From Octopus vulgaris (Eukaryota), in contig OX597826.1 in NCBI GenBank assembly GCA_951406725.2, positions 12,276,001 to 12,340,000 on the forward strand: 64,000 nucleotides of DNA. The letters are read 5' to 3'. The notes beneath the pieces are model-generated. The model saw only the letters and a program-made list of their open reading frames with translations, searched no databases and was not told the origin of the DNA. The position numbers were made by a program, and so were the translations under genes. Positions 12,479-26,206 of the stretch are shown here, piece after piece (position 1 is the first letter of the stretch; every line of letters begins with the position of its first letter).

Positions 12479-12880
12479 GGCGCAGGAGTGGGTGTGTGGT
12501 AAGTAGCTTGCTTACCAACCACATGGGTCCGGGTTTTGTTTCACTGGGTGGCACCTTGGGCAAGTGTCTTCTACTATAGCCTCGGGCCAACCATAGCCTT
12601 GTGAGTGGATTTAGTAGACGGAAACTGAAAGAAGCCCGTCGTATATATGTGTATATATATTTTAGTGTGTGTTTGTGCGTCTGTGTTTGGCCCCTTCCAA
12701 CATAGCTTGACAACCGATGCTAGTGTGTTTACCTCCCCGTAACTTAGCGGTTCGGCAAAAGACACCGATAGAATAAGTACTAGGCTTACAAAGAATAAGT
12801 CCTGGGGTCGATTTGCTCGACTAAAGGCGGTGCTCCAGCATGGCCACAGTCAAATGAATGAAACAAGTAAAAGAGTAAAG
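12479..12880 (+). mobile_element. SINE family A
   Basis: Colinear with 4597-5025. Confidence 0.92.
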
Positions 12881-12913
12881 TGTATATACATATATATATA
12901 TATATATATATAA

Positions 12914-13309
12914 CTAGCAGTATCGCCCGGCGTTGCTCGGGTTTGTAAGGGAAATAACTATATAAGCATTTTTAGAGATGTAAAGTATAATAGCCATCTC
13001 AATATGGCTAACCACAAAAGGTGGGGGTACTGTAGCTTTTTACGTTCTGAGATTTAATAATAAATTTTTAGAGAGTTACTTCCCTTATATATGCCAAAAA
13101 TGCATTAAAAATTGGAAAAATTGATGATAAATTTTTTTTTTAAATCGTAGACTCATCGTAGACGCGCGCTAATACCCAGAAAGGTTCGATATGAATCACG
13201 ACTATAAGATACCCGGTTTGGGTTAAACTGCACCGCAAAATGTAGGAGTAGTTAGGAATCTAAATCGTAGGAGACAGACAGCACACAACCTCACTTTTAT
13301 ATATAAAGA
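12914..13309 (-). mobile_element. Non-autonomous Helitron
   Basis: Minus strand: A|TCtttatatataaaag ... cccgagcaacgccggg hairpin ... CTAG|T, no TSD. Confidence 0.85.
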
Positions 13310-13943
13310 TATCTATATATATATATATACAGAGAGGGAGAAAGAGAGAGAGATGTTTAAAATCATAGTTACGCTGTGGCTTATCGCTTTTTTGAAAATG
13401 TTCATTAATGTTTCCTTTATAGTTCCGAGCAGATTATTTGGAACATGAAATTTTCTAAACACCGTATCGACATTTATCACATCGTCTAGAGGTGACGAAA
13501 TGTAGTTCTGCGTTTACTGCAGCTTTTAAGCGAACATATCATGTGCAGTATATTTACTAGTTATATAGTAACTGCGACATATACTACATATATTTCACTT
13601 AATGAAAAATACATTTTGTTTCCAGATTAGCAAAAATTACGATAACATCAATAGCAAACCACATGCAACAACGATATTCATTGTAATTCAGAAGTAAAAT
13701 CGAATTGAAAAATTCATATTCAAACATGAAATATTTCAAGTTGTTGACTCTAATTTCCGTATTCAACATTAATATAAGGTAGACTCCCACAAACATACAC
13801 ACACATATACTCATATATGTATACCGACAAATACATAATATATCAATATTCAGCCATTTATTTATTCATACATATACAGTCATACGTACACACACACACA
13901 CACACACACACACATATGTATTTGTGTGTGTGTGTGTGAATAC

Positions 13944-14073
13944 ACCCTGAAGTAGGAGGCCATATTTAACAAATGCTTATGCTTCTACCACTGGTTGCAC
14001 ATCTATGGCTTTTTGCGAATTACATCTTCCAACCTTATAACGTAATTCCGAAACTCTTGAAACAGCTGTCGAA
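13944..14073 (+). ncRNA. Degenerate HHR with a ~95-nt insert in stem II
   Basis: CTGAAGT-aggag...ctctt-GAAACAGCTGTC (palindromic stem III, GUC site); A9 is U and stem I is weak. Confidence 0.45.
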
Positions 14074-14174
14074 TTTCTAATACCATATCTTCTCTCCTTA
14101 ATTTCCTGTGTCTTTGTACTCCCTGTAGGTCTACTCTCTTGATATATAAATACCTGTATATTTATGCATGAATT

Positions 14175-14325
14175 CTTTTATTCTTTTATTTGTTTCAGTC
14201 GTTTGACTGCGCCTTTAGTCGAGCAAATCAACCCCAAGGACTTATTCTTTGTAAGCCTGGTACTTATTCTATTGTTTGCTTTTGCCGAACCAGTAAGTTA
14301 CAGTGACGTAAGCCCACCAGCATCG
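14175..14325 (-). mobile_element. SINE family A, 3' half
   Basis: tgtttcagtc.tttgactgcg..gcctttagtcgagcaaatc. Confidence 0.8.
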
Positions 14326-14336
14326 CACACACATGT

Positions 14337-14388
<52 letters not shown>

Positions 14389-14436
14389 GACGTGTGTATC
14401 TATATACATAGCCATGTGTATTTATGGACTTACTAA

Positions 14437-14488
<52 letters not shown>

Positions 14489-15819
14489 TATACACTTGTA
14501 CATCCACATACGGCACACACGACACACACACGCATACATACTCACACATCCATATGCACACACAATTACGAACGTACACATGCACACCCATCTACCCACG
14601 CACACACACACACACATATATATAGATACACAATTTTCTCGTCACAGTGCAACGCTCTTTGCAAAGACGACTCGTTGCTTTTGTTTATTGCACGCCACAC
14701 AAATCTAGACAAATACCATTAAAAGAATGTCTCGATTGCCAATTGATCTGTTAAAATTTTCCTCAAATAATACCATAACCCTCTTAAATAAAACCATGGA
14801 AATTATAGCTACTAAATTTCTAGATATCCAAAATGAATTTGTCTGTCGTGGTTTGAAAGCCTTTCGTAATAAATCCTTTTCATTTAGCCTGACCTGGAGA
14901 GAAACGATAAAAATAAAGAAAAAGAATATAGAAAAGAGCCCCAAATCATCTAAAATGTCTCTCCCTTAGAATGAATTAAATCTTGTGTACACTAACCACA
15001 AATACTAGATTAGTTATATTGGCTATATTAACAGCAAATTACAACGCAAAAATAGCACAACTAAATAATAGATAACACTATTATCGTGATATCACCTTGA
15101 AACTTGTTTGTTCTGAGAAATTTCAGGTCCAGTGATAATGTGTAAGCGACGAAGAAACACTGCTGAAAATATTTTATCGAAAAGATAAACAAAGATCTTT
15201 AAACTTTGACAAACCAAGCAAATTCGTTGTACAAAACAGAATGTGAGAATGAGCAAAAAATACAGAAGACAATTAATAAAATAAAGTAAAAATAAGTAAA
15301 TAAATAAATAAAATATCCTTAATATAATATTTGTAAGCTAAAAGATAGTTCTATGTACCATGACACAGCATATACGCAGACGATATTGCATATGCATCTA
15401 TGAATACACATACACATACGCAGAGATACAAGAACAAGCATTAATATTCATAAATATTTCGATATTTATATATCTAGTCTGTAGTTAGTCATTAATATAT
15501 TCGTAGCTAAATTTATTTTAAAATAATCAATAATAATCTTAGTATAACAGTATTCAACCGGATGGAGCATCAGAATCATAAACTGAACATAATGTGAGTG
15601 AAATTATGTAATAATGTTTTCGAACATATACGTATGAAGCAGGAGATATCTTCCAGGAGATTAACTGAGATGTTATGAAGCATATACGGAGCACATATCT
15701 CTGTTATTGCATAAGCGATATAAATCAAGCTTGTAAAAGTAGCAATTTGCCCGATTTTCTGAATGATCAACGCACGTATGAACAAAAGGATTGTTTTCGG
15801 CAGACTCTATATAATTTTA

Positions 15820-16030
15820 TATATTTGTTTTGCAAGATTTTTGATGTGAAATCGTGTGTTGAAACAGATATTGTTGTATTTAGGAATGGCCATTTGCCAG
15901 TTTAGCCAATAAAAAACACACGCACTATATATTTGGTGTTACTTTGCTTCAGCCTTATTTAGTTTTCACATTAATCTTAATCCTATTTCGGCCAGAGTTC
16001 TTTCGTCACACGCCTGTGATTGCATCATAT
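15820..16030 (-). mobile_element. Penelope-like pLTR fragment with a degenerate HHR
   Basis: Minus strand atgatgca-a-tcac-aggcgt-gtga-c-GAAAGAACTC; body similar to the 6380-6425 segment. Confidence 0.5.
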
Positions 16031-16044
16031 TATCTCTATATAAT

Positions 16045-17026
16045 ATTGGTTTCAAATATTGGCACATATCCAGTAGCTTGAGAGGAGTAGATAAATCGAT
16101 TACGTCGACCCCAGTGTTCAGCTGGTACTTTCTTTATCGATCACGAAAGAATGAAATCAAAGTCCACCTCGGTGGAATTTAAATTCAAGGAGTAAAGACG
16201 GACTAAACGCCTCTAAGCATTTTGTTCGACGGGCTAATGGTTCTTGCAGCTCGCCGCCTTAACTCCGTTAAGCGTTTTTCCTGGCGTGTTAACGATTCTA
16301 CTAGCTCACCGTCTCTCTCTCTCTTCTCTCTTTCTCTCTCTCTTTCTCTGTCTCTCTTTCTCTCTCTTTCTTTCTCTCTCTGTTAAACTGATTTCAAATT
16401 TTAGAACAAGACTACCAATTCCGAAGAAGGACACGAGTCAATTACATTTACCCTACTACACAACTGATGCTTATTTCATGACCCCCATCCCCGAACGGAT
16501 GAAAGGAGAAGTCGACCTCGGTGGCATTTGAACTCAGAACGTAACGGCAGATGAAATACCTATTTCTTTACTACCCACTAGGGGCTAAACACAGAGAGGA
16601 CAAACAAGGACAGACAAACGGATTAAGTCGATTATATCGACCCCAGTGCGTACCTGGTACTTATTTAATCGACCCTGAAATGATGAAAGGCAAAGTCGAC
16701 CTCAGCGGAATTTGAACTCAGAGCGTAGCGGCAGACAAAATACCGCTAAGCATTTTGCCCAGCGTGCTAACGGTTCTGCCAGCTCGCGGCTTTACCTCCC
16801 TGTGTAACATTAGTTTCAAATTTAGGACAAAGCCAGCGATTTCGAGGAAGAGCGAAGGTCATTATATCCACCCCAATACACAACTGGTGTTCATTTTTAT
16901 CAACCCTCCGAAAAGATGAAAGGCAAATTCGAGCATGGCTGAATTTGAATCCAGAACGTTAAGACGGACGAAATACTGCTAACCATTTCGTCCGGCATGC
17001 TAACGTTTCTGCCAGCTCGTCGCCTT
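16045..17026 (-). mobile_element. Cluster of about 4-5 SINE C units, including one dimer
   Basis: Repeated gatgaaaggc..gtcgacctcgg..ggaatttgaactcag cores near 16150, 16500, 16685 and 16920. Confidence 0.85.
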
Positions 17027-17304
17027 GTCTGTCTCTGTAATATTAACACGAATGCTTATTCATTCAGCCAGCCGCGTATGTATATATATTCATATAATGA
17101 ATACGTCAGTCTAATGATGCTTTCTATTACAATCCAGTATTTTCAACTAATATTGACTTTTATAGCTGATCCAAAACCTGCGATTGAGTTTGTTGCATAT
17201 TTGTTTCAGTAGACCCAGCACTTGATTGATACAATGTTTTAGTATAGAAGGAGGTAATGTGATATTAACTTGAGAGGGATTTACGCTAAAAATACTTCCG
17301 AATA

Positions 17305-17560
17305 TTAAGCAATAACATTAAAATATATTTCGTTTTTGGATTTGGTTTGCAAGATTCTTTATATGAGTTCGTGTGTTGAAGCATATTCTGTTGTGTCTGG
17401 GGAAAGTCATTTTCTTTTTGTGCCAAACTACTGAAGAGGTTGCAATACGCAACGGAAATTTTAGGACAATAAAAATAAGAAAAAAGTTGAAATTTTACCG
17501 GTGAGTGTGTTACATAATAAGTCACAAAAAGAAAATGACTTTCCCCAGACACAATACAAT
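17305..17560. mobile_element. Penelope-like inverted pLTR unit with an HHR at 17428-17464
   Basis: Perfect 32-bp inverted repeat 17391-17422 / 17523-17554 around CTGAAGA-g-gttgc-aatac-gcaac-GGAA. Confidence 0.75.
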
Positions 17561-18099
17561 AAAAATATATATTAAGATTCGAGTGTTTTTTAGGACTAAG
17601 GGATACAACCATCTTGGATCAATTAGAACTGGTGTTGTTTTAATGAAGTTGTGATGTGAAATGCTCTCTTTAACGAAGAAATAGTGAACGATGTGGATAA
17701 GTGTACCTGATTACAAATTCAAATGTTTCGAAAGTAAGTTACATAATGAATTTAATACCGTGCAATGTATTTCTTCAATCATTAATAAAATAATCATCGA
17801 AGTGATTTTCAGAATAAACTATCAAGAGTGAGAGAAGGAGAGAGAGAGAGAAATAGACTGACAGAGAAAGAGAGAGAGTGAGAGTGAGTGGGAAAGAGAG
17901 AGAGAGAGACAGAGTGAGATTATCAAATTCGATTCAGTACATGCTTGGTATTAATTTATCGATCATCAATTGGCATGCATTGCAAATTTGATGTTTGGCG
18001 AAATGAACTCAAAACGTAATGATATGCAATATTGATGCTAATGATGATGCTGATAAGACTGGTGCTGCTGGTGAAATAATAAAATAATAATAACGATAT

Positions 18100-18162
18100 T
18101 AATAATAATCACAAGAATAATAACAACAACAATAACAACAACTACCAACAATAATAATAAAA

Positions 18163-18194
<32 letters not shown>

Positions 18195-18306
18195 GATAAT
18201 AATAATAATGATAATAATAATAATAATAATAATAATCATAAAAATAAAAATAAATAATAATAATAATAACAACAACAGCAACAACAACAACAACAACAAC
18301 AATAAA

Positions 18307-18356
<50 letters not shown>
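18100..18356. repeat. (AAT)n/(AAC)n microsatellite
   Basis: Directly visible. Confidence 0.95.
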
Positions 18357-19060
18357 GGGTGAGAGCGGTTTGATCAGTTGCCAGGACTGCATCGAAGCAG
18401 AGAAAAACAGCTTAAGGTGGTATATAAAAATACTGTGAGCCATTGTTGAAACATATGAAGAAAACCGGTGTCATGAAAACTGAAAAATGTGTAATAAAAT
18501 AAAAATTCAAACAAGAAATGTACACAAAAAAGAGAAAAAGCATGGAAGGAAAAAGATGATGGTTAGTTTGCAAAAGATGTGAACGCCAAGACAGATAAAG
18601 AGGACCGGTGGCTACGGATGATGAGGAGTGACGTGAAGATAGAGAGAGAAGCACTCATATGCGCAGCTCAAGAACATGCATTAAGGACCAACTATGTGAA
18701 GTGCAGAATAGGCAACACTACCGACAGCGACAAATACAGGATGTGTGGTGAGAGGGGTGAAGTTGTATGGCACAACGTTAGCGAGTGCATGAAATTGGCA
18801 AATCACGCATATAAAAGATGCCATGACAATGTTGCAAGAGTGATCCATTGGGAGACCTGTGGAAATCAAAGCCTACAAAGAGCAAACACCTGGTATGAGC
18901 AAACCCCAGAGTGAGCCACCGACATTGAGAATTGCAAAATCCTGTTGGATATAATAATCCAGTGCGATCACCTCACTAGTCATTAGAATCCGGACATCGT
19001 GGTAAATAAAAAAGAAAGAACGTATAATCGAGATAGCATGCCCCGGTGACAACTCCTATC
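18357..19060 (+). pseudogene. R4/Dong-type non-LTR retrotransposon 3' fragment (CCHC knuckle and restriction-like endonuclease)
   Basis: GLISCQDCIEAE; ICAAQEHALRTNY; YRMCGERGEVVWHNVSEC; HDNVARVIHWE; PDIVV; IEIACPGD. Confidence 0.88.
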
Positions 19061-19814
19061 GAAGACCCCGCTATGACTCGAGAAGATAACTTTGCCTTTT
19101 TTGTAGGTAACGGTGGCAGTGAACATGGCGTTTTAGGTAAAAAAATACCAATCACCGTCATCCTAATAATGATGTTGGTTTTATTCGCAGCGATGTAGGG
19201 TGCGTCTGGTGATTTATAAAATCACTGGCCCAACTCCGATCGACTATTGATCTTCGGGTTAGTTCAGTTGATCTGTAATTTCCTTAATACGGAACTTTCC
19301 TGTATTTCTTTCCGTGGACAGTTGGTGGTAACAACTTGCACTCTCTCTATATATATATATACAATAATTTATCTCTGAAATACTGGAAAATTATCCAAAT
19401 ACGAAAATCTGGATATGGAGACAGCTAGTACGTGCTAATTGAAAACAACATTCAGTATAAAGCAAGCGTCTTGAGTAAGGAACGCAACCAAATCACCCCA
19501 ATTAAAAATATGAACAAAAGCAAAAGTATTGTGCAATACCTAACGTGTATGCGGAGTACGCTTGGAAATGGTGTGAAAGCAAGCGATAAATACAAAATTT
19601 TGTAAATTTACTATAAAAAAACCCCGGCACACTTAGTTTTAAACGTTGCACTAACCAAGTCATGAAATTTTTTTTTTAAATGGCGCCCAAGGAGAGTTTG
19701 AAATATAGAAAATTGCACCAAATTCATCCTGAAGAAAAGGAAATTTAGAAGCGTCGTAAATACAATGTCAAAGAAAGGGATAAGTTAAAGCTTGCAAGGA
19801 ACTAATATGTTAAA

Positions 19815-20250
19815 CCAAATACAGTACACACCATTGAAAGAAAACATTAGTAAAGAATATTAGAGTTGCATTAGTTTAATACTTCAAAGAGAGCTAAGTG
19901 AAAAAGTCAGAGTGTAGGCATGACTACTTTATCTATGCCATTAATAAGTTATAGTTATAATATTCTCAACAGGACGCTAAATGAATTTAGAAGACTAGAC
20001 AGAAGTCTAGTTTTAATAATTAATTAACAAACGAGACTGCTAATGGAGAATAATAACATTATGAACATCTACCATTACAAATTCAACATAGATCTATCAC
20101 GAATACTGCAGAGTAGATGCTTGTTGCAAATAGAAAATTATTATAATATTCCAGTATACTCTAAAACTGGTAAATAGCCATTAATGAATAATGGAAAACT
20201 AATATGAATTACCACAATACTTTTAATAAGCAAAAAAAGTACTTTTTACA
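19815..20250 (+). pseudogene. Highly decayed R4/Dong-type LINE post-RT fragment
   Basis: IQYTPLKENISKEY*SCISLILQRELS; LISYSYNILNRTLNEFRRLDR. Confidence 0.6.
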
Positions 20251-20461
20251 TAATGAAAGAGAAACTGAGGTAACAAATGAGAAATGAGAAGAAATGAAAA
20301 TCTCAGACTAAAATCAAATTGAATTCTAAGTTGGAAGCAGATCTATTAGAGTAAGCATTACCGGTGTCACTTTGTTAATGTATGTTTTCTTTTATACTCT
20401 TATTAACTGCAGAATTTCTTCCGTGGGAAATTCCTTTTAAGACGTCAAGTTTCTTAAAACA

Positions 20462-20536
<75 letters not shown>

Positions 20537-20554
20537 ACATATATATAAACCAAG

Positions 20555-20947
20555 AAGTATAGTATTAAATATCCATCACGACTGAGCTTACCAAACGGTT
20601 TCGCGTAAAGAATACAATGGAGTGTTAGATAACAGTCCGATTATATAACTTTACGCTTATCAGAGTTAGCCGATATGGAAGGGAATATGGCAACTTCTCT
20701 ATATTGTCGGTGGTGAATATCACAATCGGTAGGCGGCTGCTGTGAAAAAAGGTGGTGAAACGAAAAAGAGGTGACCGGTTGTGCTAATCCACCCTGACAG
20801 TTGAGCAGTCGCCATATACCCATCCATATCGGGTAACTCTGATGAGTGTAAAGTTATATAATCAGATTGTTACCTAACACTCCATTGTATTCTTTACGCG
20901 AAACCGATTGGCAAGATCAGCCGTGATGGATATTTAATACTATACTT
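20555..20947. mobile_element. Fold-back element with ~155-bp arms, each containing an HHR
   Basis: Arms 20555-20713 and 20789-20947; HHRs at 20585-20667 (-) and 20835-20917 (+) with 8-bp stem II g(c/t)gtaaag / ctttacgc. Confidence 0.85.
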
Positions 20948-21035
20948 TTCGGATAATATATCCACTGTACTGACAGATATGCGAGTGCCCCTTTTCCCTG
21001 ACTTATAGTCTCTTAGACCACTCACGCACGCGTAG

Positions 21036-21096
<61 letters not shown>

Positions 21097-21148
21097 GTGT
21101 GTGAGTGTGTGTGTGTGTGTGTGTGTTTGTGTGTTTGTGTCTGTGTTA

Positions 21149-21184
<36 letters not shown>

Positions 21185-21234
21185 TGTATGTATGTATGTA
21201 TCGAGTGTTTGAAGTGTTGTACTGATATTGTATA

Positions 21235-21312
21235 TTGAGAAAAAGGAGGCAGTCAGAATTCTGGATAATTCTTTATGAGCGCTTTCGTTCGTTTATCGAA
21301 CACGTCAAGACA
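21235..21312 (-). mobile_element. Penelope-like fragment with a degenerate HHR
   Basis: Minus strand ttgacgt-gttcg-ataaa-cgaac-GAAAGCGCTC; downstream tail shared with 38379-38548. Confidence 0.55.
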
Positions 21313-21489
21313 ATATCAAAATTTGGGTTTGTTTAGAAAAAGAGAAACATATCTGGGGTGGGGGAAGAGACAAAGAAAATCAAAGAGGGGGAGGGAAAGA
21401 GGAAAAATATAATAAAGGATAGGGAAAGAGTAGATAAATATACAGATAGAAAGACTGAAAGATAGATAGATAGATTGAAAGATAGATAA

Positions 21490-21527
<38 letters not shown>

Positions 21528-21771
21528 GGAGGAGAGGTTTCTTTTCAATTTGATGTAGTCAAAATAATTTGAGTTCGGTACTGTTTATAATTCACTCTGT
21601 TCTCTGTGTACATTTAATCAAACATCATAAATGAGTTTTGTATATTGCATATGTAGCTGGAAGCCACTCTGTAGAATAGAAATTACATAACAAAGCTGGG
21701 CCGGCTTAGTTATATTTTTGAGTATCTTTCATCCACGAAAGGATAAAAAGCAAAGTTGACGGAATTTGAAA

Positions 21772-22077
<306 letters not shown>

Positions 22078-22967
22078 CAAGCACTGGAAAAAGTGATGTA
22101 CTATTGATTACGTATTCGCATTCGGGACAAAAAAAATAAAGAACTATTGATGAGATCAATTCTGGCTACCTAAAATATGCTAAAGATGTAATATATTCAC
22201 AAACACGTGCAACATTCTGATACTTTCACGTTAAAACTGAGAAAAGGTGGAAACATTTACCAAAGCTGTATATGAAAATAACCCGGCTGTGATAAACTAG
22301 TGCACGCGTCTTCGGAATGAGAAATAAAACCGCCATACCATATCCGCGATATAGCGTGGCGCTTTTATTCCATATCCTGATATCAGTCAAACTTCAGAAT
22401 CGAAAGAAATGAATTGCAATAAATACTTCGATTACTTCTGAGCGAAATAGTTCGAAAGTCTATCTTGAAATGGAAGTATGGAAATATAGAACGTAGGGAA
22501 TGAGGAAAAAATTTGTACCAGTAATAATATTAGGAACTTCAAAGAAAGCAACAAAAAATTATGATCATTACATAGCACTTCGAGGCACAAATCACTTGGT
22601 AAATTTTCTGCATTATTCACTCGGATAAAACAACTCATTCGATTCACAATAAGATAACAAAGATTCTACATAACCATTTCCTAATACTATTATACAATTC
22701 ACACATCAAATATATTTCACAATGGCCTTCTGATTCTATAAAACCTCTCGTACTGTACATAAGCAACAGAATCCTAATTCCATAACATATTGAACTTATA
22801 TACCACATATTCTACACAATAAAGTCCGGAAACGCTAAAATAACAGACAACACTTCAAAGAATATCTATCAAGAACATAAATTAGATGAACATAGAAACA
22901 CTATCCAAATTCACTAAAAAAAAAAATCAATGAGTTACATACTCCGAGATTACCGGTTAGTAGTTAA

Positions 22968-23429
22968 TCTATGTCTATAAAACAGTCCTTGGACGTAAAT
23001 TGTATACACATTTGGCTTTGACGGTTAATGGCGGCCAAACCGAGGCTAAGATCGAGCTGGAAATTGGCAGGGATACTAAATGCGTGGTGAGGATGAGACC
23101 CGCGATGGTTAAAATTCGCAAGCTATAAAGATGTGCTTGCTATTGCAAAAAGAGCGATTTTTTTATCGATTTAAGGGAGCTCATCTAGGTTTGAGCGATT
23201 GGGTTTTAATGCCCGGCGGCATACACTGCAGGCTGTTGTGCTTAATAAACATACATTTTGTCGCGAAATTCCGGCTACTTGGAAACGATTTTTCATTGTG
23301 AAAACACGAGTACTTTTTGCCCTCATATTCTTTTTAATTTTTAATAAAATTTTGGTTTTTTTTTTTAAATTCCTCATCTTTAAAATGTGGCCCGAGGTAG
23401 ACCCCGATGAAATCGGGTTATAATACTAG
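22968..23429 (+). mobile_element. Non-autonomous Helitron, second family
   Basis: A|TCtatgtctataaaa ... cccgat-gaa-atcggg hairpin, 8 nt, then CTAG|T. Confidence 0.8.
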
Positions 23430-23689
23430 TATTACAATAAATGCTAAAACGAACCAGCTGAATTTTTTCTCTCATTTCGGCACAAATCTGGCAACTTTGG
23501 AAAGAATGGGTAAGTTGATTACACCGATCTCACTAATTCAGTCGTACTTTTATTTCATCGACTTCGAAATATTGAACAAAAGCATGTCAACAGGAATTGA
23601 ACTGCAAACGTAAAATATCGGAAAATTAATCGTAACGACACTTCAATGAATATACCACCGCACCACATTGAAATTCATTTTTATAATAA

Positions 23690-23842
23690 AGGTACTTATT
23701 AATTGTGTCTGTGGAGATTCATTTTCTTTTTGTGCCTTTTAATGTAACACACTCACTGGTAAAATTTCCACTTATTTCTTATTTTTATTTTCCTAAAATC
23801 TTCGTTGCGTTTTGCAACCTTTTCAATAGTCTTGACTCATTA
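23690..23842 (-). mobile_element. Penelope-like pLTR fragment with a U3-A8 HHR at 23793-23829
   Basis: Reverse complement of the 6235-6370 unit; A15.1 mutated to G. Confidence 0.7.
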
Positions 23843-24049
23843 TTAATTATTTTGGAGTATTTAATAAAGTAAATTCATTTTAAAGATAACAATTATTAAA
23901 GTCTACGTTGTCTAAAACACTCTTAAAAATTATAAGTTTAATACTTTTTAGATGCGGATGCCAAGCTTACTGTATTATTTTAATTCAGTGCCAGGTAGCA
24001 TTTTTTAACACTCGAGCGTCACTTTTGTCTTTTCTTCCGCTTATAATTC

Positions 24050-24490
24050 GTGACGGGGACAACACGAACCAGAGGCTATCATAGAAAATGAGAATTACGA
24101 GAGCTTGTGGGACTTCTCCATTAAAACTTACTGTAATATTGTAGCAAGAACACCAGACATAACTACAGAGCAGAAAAGTTATCAACAGTGTAAAATCACT
24201 GATGTTGCTATTTCATATGATGGAAGAGTCTATACCAAAGCAATTTTAAAAAGTGAGAAATATCAGATATAGCCAGAAAAACTGAGGATAAAGGCAACAT
24301 TCCGGTAGTAACTGATGCGATTGGCACCGTAATCAAAATGTTGCGTAAAACACTGAAAGAAATTGGAATGGGAAACGCGTTGTCAACCTGCAGAAATGTA
24401 CAATTCTATATTATGCAAGAATACTAAAGAAGATTCTTGATATTTATGTCTCGAAACCTCAAGGTACAATAGCTGCCAAGTAAATGTGCA
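24050..24490 (+). pseudogene. R4/Dong-type LINE 3' end (restriction-like endonuclease)
   Basis: KHEPEAIIENENYESLWDFSIKT; ARTPDIT; CKITDVAISYD; KSEKYQ; followed by (AAT)n. Confidence 0.8.
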
Positions 24491-24501
24491 TGCACTAGAG
24501 A

Positions 24502-24761
<260 letters not shown>

Positions 24762-24960
24762 TCTACTGACATAGCTCAATCAGATTCCTACAAATGTAAA
24801 GATAGAACACGTACAGAAATCAGCATTGGTTGGAGCTGCAAGAATTCTTCACAAGGTTCTTTAAGCATGACCAGTAAACAAGTGTCACCTTAGTCTGCTG
24901 GTAGTGGACAGCTGACACTTTCCCTCATACCCAGCAAAATAAGCTGAGGGTTTTCATCAA
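24762..24960 (+). mobile_element. R4/Dong-type LINE extreme 3' end and 3' UTR
   Basis: IEHVQKSALVGAARILHKVL*, flanked by AAT/AAC repeats. Confidence 0.75.
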
Positions 24961-26043
24961 ACAACAACAACAACAACAATGACAATTGCCATATTATGGT
25001 CGACAGAGATCATTCCCTCCAATGATGATAATTATTTCCTGTTGAAATTCACATCGAAAGCAGAACCACTGAAGGAACCTCTGACTTGTATTTCGACCTG
25101 CTGGTAATAGCATGCAAATCCTTGCTTAAAATCACACTGCTGCGTAGTTTGAAAGAAGAAAGACAAAAGACAGGGAGGAAGTTGTTAATGCAGTCTTCAA
25201 TAAACTGCGCCTCAAAAGATAGATAGTCACGAATGCAATACATTTGATAAGAGGGTTGTTCGATCAAAGCTGACCTACGTTGAATAAGCAGCAATAACTG
25301 GTAATCTTTTTGTCGTTCCAATATTTTCATTACATCAACATATACTAAATCAATGAAAATCAACTAAATATATCTTGTTCGAATATTGGCGGATAGATAT
25401 AATAAAAATCGACGCGACATTTATGGTGGTTCTCATCGATATGTTTTATTTTACGAATCGATTCCTTGGTCAACAAATATTGTTGAAAGAAAACCTCGTG
25501 GCCATAATTATGTGCCCTTAAGAAGATCAAATTATGATTAAACGATATTAAAAGCGCATAAGCTTTTTTCAAATTTCAGATTAAACATTTATCTGTGACA
25601 GCAATGATTCAAAATCATGTTTCAGCGTCTATTTTGGTCTTTATTTTCTATAATGGCTTCTCTGACTAATAAAAATATAGACATCAGTTTTTTAATCTCT
25701 CTTTTTTTTTTCTCGATTTTTTTACTCAGTACCAATCTGACTGCTGCATAATGTTTGTATGTATGTGTGTATCTACGTATATGTTATGGATGTATGCTTG
25801 TGTATGCATAAATTAATATATTTCCGCTATCTGCCTGTCTGCCTGTCTGCCTGTCTGCTTGTCTGTCTGTCTGTCTGTTTGGGTCTATATATGAATATCT
25901 CTCGAACTATCAGCCAATCTTTCTATTTGTTTATTCCCATGTATGCATGCATTCATATGTACATATACATACATACATATACACATACATACATGTATAT
26001 GTGTATATATATTTAAACATATTTCCATATAAGTATATTTATA

Positions 26044-26107
<64 letters not shown>

Positions 26108-26115
26108 TTATATGC

Positions 26116-26146
<31 letters not shown>

Positions 26147-26173
26147 CATATATATATATATATACTTATATGC

Positions 26174-26206
<33 letters not shown>

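Noticed and set aside
16045-17026. CRISPR-like or regular array
   Set aside because: The repeats are irregular nested SINE copies in eukaryotic DNA, with no constant repeat-spacer period
19681-19702. tggcgcccaa primer-binding-site or tRNA 3'-like motif
   Set aside because: No adjacent LTR end and no remainder of a tRNA
25049-25572. Two abutting minus-strand ORFs in non-repetitive DNA
   Set aside because: No recognisable domain or convincing splice sites; needs blastx to decide
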